Made by a program: the position numbers and the translations under genes | In this document: in pieces, positions 12,333-24,200 of the stretch | How the letters are laid out: every line of letters begins with the position of its first letter | How positions within the stretch are numbered: position 1 is the first letter of the stretch | Assembly (NCBI GenBank): GCA_020137815.1 | Contig: CM035353.1 | Span: 8,308,001-8,372,000, forward strand | DNA from: Hormiphora californensis | Lineage: Eukaryota > Animalia > Ctenophora | Length of the DNA: 64,000 bases | Direction: 5' to 3' | Notes under the pieces: model-generated | Databases searched by the model: none | Told to the model about the DNA's origin: nothing | What the model saw: only the letters and a program-made list of their open reading frames with translations

Positions 12333-13814
12333 TGTCGCTAAGAGGAACTTGTCAGATATGAATACACCAACTCATTAAAAGCCAAGGAAAGGAAAACTAA
12401 GGTATTGGGAAACATATCCCGCGACACATATTGAATAAAGATATCTTATAGAGATATATTGGATACAGAGATATCTATTAGTTACGTCACTGCAAGGTGT
12501 CTTTAGGAAAATTGAATATTAATGAGCTGGATATACAGAGATATAGCTGAATATATAAAACTCTTAAAAACATATCTAAAGGTCATTAATGAAACAAGCA
12601 ATCCAAAAAGAAGCAAAGCAGCTCCGATATAACACAGAGCTGTGATAAGTTGTACAGATAAAGTAACTGATAAAATGTCTTGGAAGGTATATAGTTGTTT
12701 GATGGCAAAATACTAGCAGCCATGAACAGACATTTTAAAATTGGATTATGCACACACACGTATTTCACAAAACAGCTCTCTATATATTGGACATTGGTAG
12801 TAGGTCATGTTCTTTCTCGACAGAACCGAGTCTGATTTCATGCTTTTGTGCTGCATTTTGCCGTGATATGACATTATGGTAGTTTAGTGGTAGTGGTAGT
12901 ATAGCGGTAAAAGGAAGCCTGGCTGAGCTTCACCTATAAACATAAAGCCTGGCTTGAAAATGGATGTGGAGTAGCTTGACCCTACCGCGTGTAAAAGGTA
13001 ACATTCTGTTGAGTACCTACATGCAGACATTCCTACGAAAGGATGGTCTTCACAATGGGGCCATGTGACTGATGAGGTGTCAGGAGTCGAACTGACCCAC
13101 TCTCGTGCTCTTAGCTCAGAGCGAGGAAGCATCGCTCTGACAGAGAAGGGAGGCTTATCTTTTGGAGTAAAGGGTTACTCAACAAGCCTTATCAGCTGTA
13201 TGGGGAATCAACGAACCCAAGAATCAAGGAATGGGGATGGTATGAATTTTCACACCCTAGAAAGTTTCATATTCCATATTTAGTATTGCCATGCTACACA
13301 GTCTGTCGTTCACGCGATGAATCGCCTCCGCTTACGTTTGCTCTTCAGGCTCACGTATAGTAAGCTTTGAGTCGCCTGACACTGTGTTCGTGTATGAACA
13401 ATTCAAAGTAAGCCCACAGAGCCGACACTCGACAGACTGGAACCATATCAATTGTTACCAAAGAATTCATGACATATTCACTCGATCTAATAAGTTTAGG
13501 GAACTAAAGAAATGCTCTAAAAAGTGAGTTGTCACAGAGAGAGAGAGATACAGAGACAGAGAGACAGAGCGGGAGAGAGATAAAGAAGCATTTTTAAGGC
13601 CATTGAGCCTAATAAGGAACCTACTATGCACTATCATGAATCATTCCCAATTTATCAATTTTTACATTACTGTCTTTCAAAAACTTCATTATCAAATGCC
13701 CCATAAGAGTGAGGCGGGGAATGACCCAGCCCCAAAAACAGTGATAAAAAGGGATGGGCGTGTCCCGGGAAAGGGTTTCCAGGGTTTCCCCAAAATTTTT
13801 AAGTAGGCCTATGC

Positions 13815-14450
13815 GGAGGGGAAAAAAGGGGGTGGGGGTAAAAATTGCCCCCGAGAGCGAGAGAAAAGAGGGGAGGAGGAGGGGGAGAGAGAGAGACGAG
13901 AGAAAAGGGGAAAAAAAAGAGAGGGGAAAAAAGGGGGGAGGGGGAAAAAAAAGGGGGAAGAAAAGGAAAAGAGAGAGAGAGAGAGGGGGAGAGAGAGAGA
14001 GAAAAGGAGAAGGAAAACGGGAGAGAGAGAGAGACGGAGAGAAGCGAGAGAGAGAGAGAGAGAGGGGAGAGAGGGGAGAGAGAGAGGAAAAGGAGAGAAA
14101 GAGAGAGGAGAGAAGAGAGAGGAGAGAGAGGAGAGAGAAGGAGAGAATGAGAGAGGGGAGGAAAAGGGGAAAAGGAGGAGGAGAAAAGAGAGAGAGAGGA
14201 GAGGGAGGGGAGAAGAGGGGGCGAGGGGAATTTGAGGTGGGGGGTGGGAAAAAAGGAGGAGGAGAGAGAGAAGGGGGGGAAGAGAGCAGAGAGATGGAGA
14301 AGAAGGGGAGAGGGGAGAGAGAGAAGAGAGAGAGGGGAAAGGGGGAGAAAGGAGAGAAAAGGAGTATTTTCCCTCTCAATTTTTAACCCTCTCCTCTACC
14401 CCCTCTTTTCTCTTTTCTATCTCTTTCTCTCTCTCGTTTCTCTCTTTTGG
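13815..14450. repeat. Purine-rich low-complexity tract, probably a poorly resolved (GA)n region
   Basis: Irregular G/A runs with no consistent unit. Confidence 0.8.
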
Positions 14451-14724
14451 GAGAAATAAATCATCAACTCTGATGGGGACAGTTTTTACAAAACCCGATT
14501 GTTTCCGAGGTTGATAAAATTAGAGGGGCGTTTAAAAAATTTTTTTCTAGGGAAAAAATATAGGTATAAGTAAGAATTAGAAACACCAACCTGCTTTGTA
14601 TAATAATTAGGTATAGTACTTCCCCAAAAACAGCTAATGAACAGTCGCGTTTTTAGGAACATTGCTACTAACATTGTGACTAACACTGTAACATTGTGAC
14701 TAACATTATAACATTACTACTCAC

Positions 14725-14882
14725 TGCATGGGCTCCTCGTCTGAGAACTCATCATCCTCTGGATCCTCAGGATCGTCATCCCGTAAATACAACTGTAACG
14801 AGTCATCACCAGGGGGAGGGGATGTAGAGGAGAACAGGCCACTGAATGTTCTAGTTAGTCGGGATAACGCCTTGTTGAACAT
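14725..14882 (-). CDS. Alternative first coding exon V7 (MFNKALSRLTRTFSGLFSSTSPPPGDDSLQLYLRDDDPEDPEDDEFSDEEPMQ)
   Basis: CTGCAG 3 nt before ATG, 158 nt open, phase-2 donor CA|GTGAGT. Confidence 0.78.
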
Positions 14883-17433
14883 ATCCTGCAGAGATTAGTA
14901 ATTGTGCAGTGACTTGATCGACCCTGTTTCAACTTTGTAAAACTGTTTGGAGGCCGGTACGATAGTTAGACTATTAGACAGTCTGAACAAATATATCATG
15001 TAATCTCTGAGATCTCTATCTATAGTATCTCAAGCAAAGTAAAAAACACTAGGGACATGTATTAGAGCCGCTCCATTATAGGGACATGTATTAGAGCCGC
15101 TCCATTTGGATCGTGATGAGGGTCACATTAGGAGCTTCTCAGGTGGCATTGGAGTTCAACATAAAATAATCCATCATGAAGCATACATGATCGAGGAGAG
15201 AGAGGGACTGAGAGGGGAAGAGAGGGAAATAGGTACTGAAAGGGTGGGAGAAAAATGAGGAAAGTGAGAATATTCGATCGAAGCACGATAGGATTTTGAA
15301 GGAGAGAAGAAAGATGTAGTACTGGTTAGAGGGGGAATTGTAATAGGATAATTCTATGCCCTAATAAGGAAATTAATGGGTGATAACTTAAATGCTAAAC
15401 TGGTTTTTGGCTCTAGAAAGTTCTCGCTATACCTATAATTATATTTTGCTAATCATCTTCTTTCCAGAAAAATCTGTCTGGCGGTGCCGGAGCGCACTGT
15501 CGTGAGAATCAAAACGGGGTCTACAGGACACTCCAGACAGAGGGAAATTGAGTGAACTTGTAAATGTGCGGAGTAGCTCAAAGTCAAAGGCATGGGAGGG
15601 CCAATTAACTGAATCAGTCACTTTGCTTCAAGAATCAGAACTAAAGAGAGAAATTGGCAATCCGCAGATGAACTTCGCACTACGTAAATTCCCGCAGTTG
15701 CAGGGAGAACATAATTACGTTGAAACAGGACGGGAGATCGAGAGAGCTGATCTCCCGTGCTGTTTCATCGTCAACTATCTCGAGACATGTCACAACCAGA
15801 TAGTATTCTGGTTGTTTTGTGACGTCACACCTGACAAACAGAATGCTGTCACATCTGATCTCCACCGACTTAATTGTCAAGTGTTTAGAGAACTGCAAAT
15901 ACAGCTTGTAACGTCAAATATGGGAACTATAGAGAATGAATTAACACACCGTATAATATTATAATTGCCTGCGTTTATTGAGTAAAGTATTGATACAGAG
16001 GAACTAAATACTGGGGGGAGAGATAAAATGGGGAAGTTGCACAAGAAATGTTTCAAGCAAGTGAAGTTAATGTTATGTACTTATCAGATAAGATAAGTTA
16101 TCTTGAACGGAGCGAGATAAAGGATGATAAGAGATATGTCACCTTGCTGCACAAATCAATCCCACGAAGACCCAATCTCTCTCGCAAGAGACCCCATCTC
16201 TCTCAAGAGACCCCATCTCTCGAAGGTGAGCTGCTGACGTCAAATCATCTACGCACTGTCGAGACAAGACGGAGAACAGCAAATTGGCGACGCCTCTTAT
16301 ACTGCAGCAGCACCAACCAGTGTCTCAATTTATGCTGGTTTGCATTGCTCGACCCTCGATCTCGCTGTGATCATGGCCCGGTAAATACAAATATCGTAAA
16401 GGATGGTTATAACATGACAAATGCTGGTGTAGGGGGGGATGAAAAAGTTCAAAGAGACACTTGTGGGTTGTGGTTATGACATTGACAAGCAGAGTGTAAC
16501 ATATAGAGAGGAAACATAATTTAAAATATTAGCTGGCAAGTGGCATAAGACATTCAAAGGGCACGCCAACAAATTAACCCTGAATATACATTCACATAAC
16601 TGCAATTCCATGTTATAGAATGTAGTATATAGCTTGTCATCAATTGAATATTTTCACAGTTTTGATCAATATAATATGTGTACTTGTGATGCACAACAAG
16701 TGCAGGTGTAATATTATTAAAAGTTAAGTGTCAGTTGGCAAGACTATCTTAGAGTTAGAGAAAGGGAGCAATTGATTCAAATTATAATACAAGCCCGATT
16801 AAGCACTGAAAAACACTGAAAAAGCTCACAGTTTAACCATATCAAAGAGGAACACAATAACAGATAACTGAGAGTATCAGAAGACATGGGAGAGAGGACT
16901 GGCATGAAAATGTAGGTATAGCTGTAGTTAGCACTAGGCCACTAGAATTATACATTTACAAGGTATTTCGCGGTTGGACGGAAACGGCCTAAATTATAAT
17001 TCACTTTTTTCTCTTTTTAGCAGCAACAAATTCGCACTCTGTTATTCTGTCCCCTGTCTCTCTCCCTCTCTGTTCCGCCCTGTCTCTTTCTTTCAGTGTG
17101 TGTGTCATGCCCCTCGCTCTCTCGCTCTCTCCCTTGCGTCATACTCATATCCGTATAAAAAGTTATGGATCTCAAATGAGAGCTGAGTATGAGAACTTTC
17201 AATACAAGTGAGAAATACGGACAATTTGATGTTCTGTTTATGTTAGTAACATCATGTTACAAATACACTGCAGCAGTTACTGTACTGGTGGTCAAATAAC
17301 TAGACAATGACATGACAAGAGACGAGGCGAAAGGACAAAGGTTAAAGAGCCGAACTGTGAGAGAAAAAGAGGATTCTAGAATCACAGAACAAGTGAACAC
17401 ATTTTCTACATGACCCCTGATTACACTTTGTAC

Positions 17434-17499
17434 ACTTACACTCGCGCGGTCACGTGACACCGCGCAGGCCCCTTCATCTTGTACAGTGTCACGTGACCG
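17434..17499 (-). promoter_or_regulatory. Paired inverted GTCACGTGAC E-boxes next to a GTAAGT donor; candidate promoter or leader exon of the EF-hand gene
   Basis: CGGTCACGTGACAC (17447-17460) and its reverse complement (17486-17499); minus-strand GTAAGT at 17439-17434. Confidence 0.4.
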
Positions 17500-18215
17500 T
17501 GCACTCTGTCTGTGTCACTCCAGCTGTTACAAACTCAGCTACCTGCTGTTCCAGTTTCACATGGTAGACACGCAAGCTTATTTCAATTTCATCAACATCC
17601 TTGCCGCCATGTCAAGGCCATTTACATTTAGCAGGTTCAACCATGGCTGAATTGTCATTGGCAAAGAACCAGGCAAAAATATAGCCACTGGCACTGGCAA
17701 CTGAGCTTCTGTCACCACGTTATGTGTACCCGTTCTAACCGTCCCACCGAATAATGGCAACATTAAGCAAGATTCCGGTTAAAGTTTTGGGCTGAGACAC
17801 AGATTGGCGAATACCCGCGGGTGTATTGATACCCTTTGCTACACTGTCCCTCGCCAACAGAGTGGCATGTCAATGATACCCCTATAGGACAAATCGACTC
17901 AAGTAACCCGCATTACTTGGATAAGGTTGGATAAAACAAAAGTTTCGGAATCTTGTTCAATGCTGCCAGAGTAGTAGTGAAAAGTCAAAAGACGTTGTTT
18001 TTTAAGAGGAAACTGAAAATCTGGCATACATTTCTATCATACAAAACTGTACAAAACTAACAATTTTATTATTTACACTCGCACATTTCAAAAGCTGTAT
18101 ATATTGTCTTTGTACATTTTCACACACTTGTTCATGGTTCACACACTCTGATTGTCACTGATTGTCACTGGGGGCCCTTACTCAACAAGGGGGCCCCTAT
18201 TTTTTAGAAGCTTCC

Positions 18216-21200
18216 TCAGATGATTTTAAGGATTGGTTTGGCACTACCCCACTGTAGGGAAGCATGTGATGAGGGGAGATTGAAGGAGGTTATATCAGTT
18301 CCATCTCTCTCGTGTACAGGACACTCCATCTTGGTAGTATTGCCCTCCTCTAACTGGTTCAACTGAAATGGGGGGGGGGGGGTAGTAGGGACCCTACAGC
18401 TAGAGTTAGAGAGGTTAGCCAATGAACATTATCAATGTGGGGGATTCTAACCAGTACACATGGACGCAGATGACATTCATATTTCCAAATGTAGAATGAC
18501 AACGTTTATCACAGAAACAATATGTATTTACCTCGGTGGATATGGGTGTCAGTAGTATAACAGGAAGTGGGAATGGTGGAGCTGATGGAAGTGTAGGATA
18601 CATTATGTTCTGCATGAAGTCCCAGCCCCCATTGATCAACTCCAGCCCCTCAATATACAACCCTGGAGTATCTTCAGATCCAGTAGTAGATGTGGCAGCC
18701 ATTAGGGACATGACTCGAACCTTGAAGGTGACCTGACTGAGAGATGTCCCACTAGTATAGGCCCAGTCCTTCAGGTAACTCAAGCAGGAAGTGTTTGGGA
18801 CGATGGAATGTTGACAGGGAGTATATCAGTCTAGTCTGGTCCTCCCCTCCTATCTGATCACTAGCTGATGAACTATTCCTATCTCCCTATACTCAAGCTC
18901 ACTGTGGGTATCTCCACCTAACCATCTTAGCAAGTCTCCACAGTTTATCAGATAGATCAGACACCCAGTTACCCAGACCTTGAACCGTTACCTCCCATGT
19001 TGGGGGCACCTTATTACTGGTGAGGTACTGCCAGATGGTGTCATTATGGAACACAACCCGCTCCCCAGCAAACCCCTCCTGTAGCTTGATCAGATCACTG
19101 GTAACCGTCCCCAGGAGGGTAGTATAGTACTTGGTCTCATTCTCAAAGAACGTTGAGAGGGCAGTGTGTCCCCGTGGGCCGCTAGATCTGGGTGGGAGGG
19201 GTAGGGCTGAGAGAATGTAGTTTGTTACAGTTGCCATATCCAGTCCCTGGGTGGGTTGTTGGAGTTTTGCCAGGGAGAGGCTCCCCTTGGATATACTAGG
19301 TAGGACGGCCACTTGAGGCATGCCCGTCAGGAACTTATCAACCCCTTGGGACACCAACAAAGCGTCCTCTGTAGTACTACACTTAGCACCATATGTCACC
19401 CTCCTAGCTAGTGCGGAGAGACACTCTGTGACATCAGATGAGGTCTTGTTGGATAGCTTCTCAAGCAGCTGAACGGTAGTCAGTAGGTCACAGTTATCCC
19501 ACACTGGACCACGAAGGTTGTGGAGGTATGAATGGAACTGTGCTGCTGAGGTTATAGCAGCTGTATCCATGGTGATCTCACCACCCATGATGCCCCTACA
19601 CCACCGGTCCAATCTAGTGGATAATCCCTCCTCTCCATCCCTGTGGATGTCCACGCTGAATCTGTTTAGCAGGTACTCAGGTAGGGTTAGTGGCTCGTAT
19701 AGGGAGGATACCAAGATGATAGCGAAATTATCATGAACCCGCTCCGGCATTGCACCCCTTCTGTTCTCCATCACTTTGGTAATATCATCTAGGAGCTCAA
19801 CAAGGGCCTCTGACCAGTGTTCCACTAGATGACAGTGTGTCAACACAACTTGGTACCCGTACCTGACACCCTGGGAGAGAAGGTGAGCTCCCTCCAGCTG
19901 GAGAGACTCACTAAGCAGGGACACCACCCTGACATCACCACCTCCTTGTTTCAGTGTCATTATCACATCAGGAACATTCTCACCCAGTATCAACACTGGC
20001 ATCATTCCAGATTGATCAGGTGTTGGGGTGGTTTTAATAACAGTGCTGGTATCTACCATCTCAGTTCCTAGCTCGTACATCACCAGATCTCGTAGCACCT
20101 TGTGCATCTGGCCGGGTCTACAGAAGGCCCAGAGTAACACCCGCTGGGTGACGGTCAGGATATGGATTTCATCCCAGGGGGAGGGTTCCAGGAGGACCGG
20201 GGAGAGAGTGAAGTATTCCTGGTATAGAGCCTGGTTGGCCTGGATGTGGTCTTTTAGACCAGCGAATGTGGGGAGAGATTCAAGGAGGTCTAGTGATTGC
20301 CAGTCGCTACGGGCTATCCAGTTGGGAACCTGCAGGGAAGGGTATTACAGAGTTTGAAAAGTAGCTAATTTTTGATTTTTGTTGTTTTTTAGCTAAATTG
20401 GACAACATTATTATATTGGCTGACTAAAGCTTCTCTATACATACCTGATCAGGCCGATAGGGGAACTGGTGCAGATCGTGATTTAGAAGCAGGGCATATT
20501 CCTCCTTCGTCATTCGTCCTGACATGAGCATTAGTCGTAGGGCGAGGAGGAGAGGGAAATAACCGATATCTGTTTTCCCCATTTTCATTTTGAGTTTCTT
20601 GAACACTTCCTGCTGTAGCTCTCTCTTCAGTTCCTCAACCTGAGATTTAGTGGTTACACAAAGATAACACACAGGTAACACCCTCCCGTGGTTACACACA
20701 GATTACACACTTAACCATGCAAGATAGAATAAAACACAGCCCTTTTGGGCCCGGGGCACTATCATGATATTATGACTTTTATTACCTTAGAAGAGACACT
20801 AATATTGAGTCCCGAATAAGATCTCTGTCTCCCGAAGAGCTCACTAAGGGTCTCAGTCACATCAGATAACTTGAAATCGTAGTGAAAGGAGAACCGGTTC
20901 AGATCACGTAAGACATCAGCCACCATAATGCCATGATGAGATAGTTGGATTAGTTCATTTGTTTTCTCACGGAGACCGGATAGCCGGTAGTTAATTTCAG
21001 AGATGGCCTGTTCTTCATTCGATATCAACTCCTCTGATTTCTAGATGGAGTTAAACGTGGTAATATTATGTAATATTAGAGCTAGGTGAGAGGTCGGGAT
21101 GAGCTATCTAGCTTACAATTCAGTAATTCACACACGTGGGATTCATTTGATTGTCTAAACCATTGTCTAAACATACCTTTACTAGAACGGGTAACTCAGT

Positions 21201-24200
21201 GCTATCTAGGAGACTGCCCTTGAACCCTGTTATAAAGTCCAACAGTTTATACTCTGCTTTTTCCACGCTCGCTTTCCTTGTCTCCAGGGACCGTATATAA
21301 GCAGCGGCCTTGCTACTTAGATGAACCGCCTGGGAGCAGTGAATTGTGATAGAATATTGGAATTGCAATTAAAAGATGAGAGGTAGATAGAGGGAAACTT
21401 GGAATTAGAATTATGACGGGGAAACATGGAATGGAGGGATTCTAATTACCTGGTTTCTAAGAATTATCTTTGAGAGAGTGTTTCTCACTCCATTTTGAGA
21501 CAGGGAAAAGTTCACGATTACGGTTTGGTTGAGGGGGATTCCGGAGAAAGATGCGACGGGAAGGGAGCTGGATAGAAGGCAGTGGTCTCTGTGGTCGGCT
21601 AGCCAGGGGAAGGCGAAGTGGTCCGCAGCTCCCTCCTCAAATACACCTAAGAAGAAGAGTTGTTGAGGGTGATGTTGGAATAGTGATAACATAAAAGACA
21701 CGATTATGGAGGATCATCATATTATACCTGGACTAGGTTGTTCCAATTATAATTGTAGGACACCCCAGTATAATTTTAGGGCACACAACATACCTGTGAC
21801 AATTGAGATTCCATTTCGTGGTAACTGTATAGGCTCCTCAGCAGCTAGCAGCTCCTTGATGGTGTGGTAGTAGACATTCTCACATGACATGTCCCCTCCA
21901 CCAAGGAGGTGAGTCGTACTGGCACCCTGTCATGGGAGAGGGTCATGGTGTGAAGTCTACTTAGCAGATCCCAGATAGGGAGACAGTTTGGAGTTTGGGG
22001 AAGGGATTTCATGGATTTTGTAAATCTCTAATTCAGAAAAGTGATAGCAGTATGTGTTAACTCGGGGGGGGGGGGGGGGGGGGGGGGGCCAACGCTCATT
22101 TTTTATATATTTTTATATATTTTATATACCTTTTTTTTGGAAAAAAAAAAACATAATTTTTTATATATATATAAAATATATAAAAATATATAAAAATACA
22201 TATGAATATATAAAAATATATAAGAATATATAAAAAATATATAAAAATATATAAAAATTGTGCCGAAAGTGTGAAAACAGAAAGCTGTTTTTCGCCATAG
22301 CGGGATCAAATATCATTCAATTGATCTCAAACTTGGTCAGCATCTTCATCTAGATAATCCTGATGATTTTCCGTCATCAATGTGACGTTTGTAACATCGT
22401 GACGTCGCGTCAATAACGTCATGACGTCAAAATGACGTCAAAAATGATTTGTTTTTTTTAGTTTCGCGATCCCAACCTCTCTTCACCAGTTCTAGTACAT
22501 CTGCACGGATCAACATACAAAAAATGATTGGAATCACACCAAAACTGGTAGATATTATTAGGCCGGAACCTCTCTTCACCAGTTCTACTTTTGACAGTGC
22601 ATAATTCACTTTTGAACACATTCTCAATTATGTAAAACAGCTATCACCCTCTCAAACACTTAAATTAACTCTATGAAACATATTCAAGTGAACAATAGAT
22701 GGAAATAATCCCCTTTTTTGAAAGTAAAAGGGGTGAAAAAAGGGTTTATTTTATATATTTTTATATATTTTTATATATTTTTATATAATATTTATATAAC
22801 TTTATATATTTTTATATATTTTTATATATTTTTATATATTTTTATATATATATAAAAAATTCCAAAATTAAGGAAATATATAAAAAATTCGTTGGCCCCC
22901 CCCCCCCCCCCGTTAACTTACCAGCTCTTCACTAGCAATACTAGCATTAGCGAACTCTGAAGCTGAGTCAGAGAATCTGATAGTACTACCACCACCACCT
23001 CCTAACGTCCCAAACTCTGAACTAGCAAGGTGAGCTACCAGATTACAGCTCCACTCTCTCAGCTGATTGTCAGGGTCGGATACCAGGATTTGCCGCTTAC
23101 TGTGCCTCAGTAGCTCCCTTAGTATCAGCACGTTCTCCAGGGTGTGGGTGTCATGTGATACAACCCCCGATACAGGTTTAGGTCTCATCAGGGATAGGAA
23201 ATCAAACATGGGAGACCGGTTAATGATCCCCTCGGTGATGAAACTCTGAGTTCTCTTTACACAACCAGGATCCTTCCACTTGTCCATGAACTTGACCCTA
23301 GACTCGGCCGAGAAGGGCCCAAAGTAGGTCACTGCCCCGGCTGCTAACATAGCATCACCATCAGACCTCTGGAGCTGGTCGTTCAGTTGGTCCATCTCTG
23401 TGGTCCACTGTGCCTTCTTCTTACATAACAGCTGTAACAGCGCCTCTGCTGCATGAACTGTCTTCTTCAAACCCTTCATCTGACTGTTAATATCCCTGAT
23501 CTGACCGTGAAACTCCTCCTGATGGCCTGCCTTCTTCTCAAGATCCTCCTGGAGGGTATCCAGATGTAGGTGCCGCTGACCCAACACAGTCTGGGCATTA
23601 ATCAGCTCACTCTTCAACTTGTCCATCTTCTCTTTGTTAGGTTTTAGTTTCCTGACAGTCGCACAATACTCGTACACACCCCGTATATAGGAGTTGATAC
23701 AGGTCGCAGCAGTATTAACACTGTTCAGGTTGCCCACTGAGAACCGAGGGTTGTCAATATAGTCCGTCTTGAGTCTATCTAATGTCTTCTTCTTGATTGG
23801 CTGGTAGGGTGCAGCAGCTATCCTAGATAGGGAGGATGGATCCCGCAACACAGCTAAACAGTCCTCCCAGGACGGGGTGGAGGAGGATACAGTGTCGGGG
23901 TTCCACTTTGGAGCAGTTCCCAGTAATACCACAAGGGCACCAACTGCAAATATGACAGCTTCGGGGGGATTCTGGAAGCTTTTTAGTTCAACAAAATCAG
24001 ACACTTTAATGCTGTCAAGGGAGGAGACGGCTTTCTCAAGGACGGGTGAGACCTCCTGGAGGTTGAGATCATGGAGATCGGATAATTCGGAGATTTCAAC
24101 CTCTCTCTGTTTGATTTCCTCAACTTCAGCTTGGCAAAGTGAGTTGTAGCTCGTGTACTCAGCTTTACAACTCTTTATCTCCTCTCCCCATCTCTGAAAC

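Noticed and set aside
13624-14459. ORFs of 210-251 aa on both strands
   Set aside because: Translations of a G/A low-complexity tract that cannot contain stops; no domain content.
15548-16479. Plus-strand ORFs of 138 and 143 aa
   Set aside because: No recognisable motifs or supporting splice structure.
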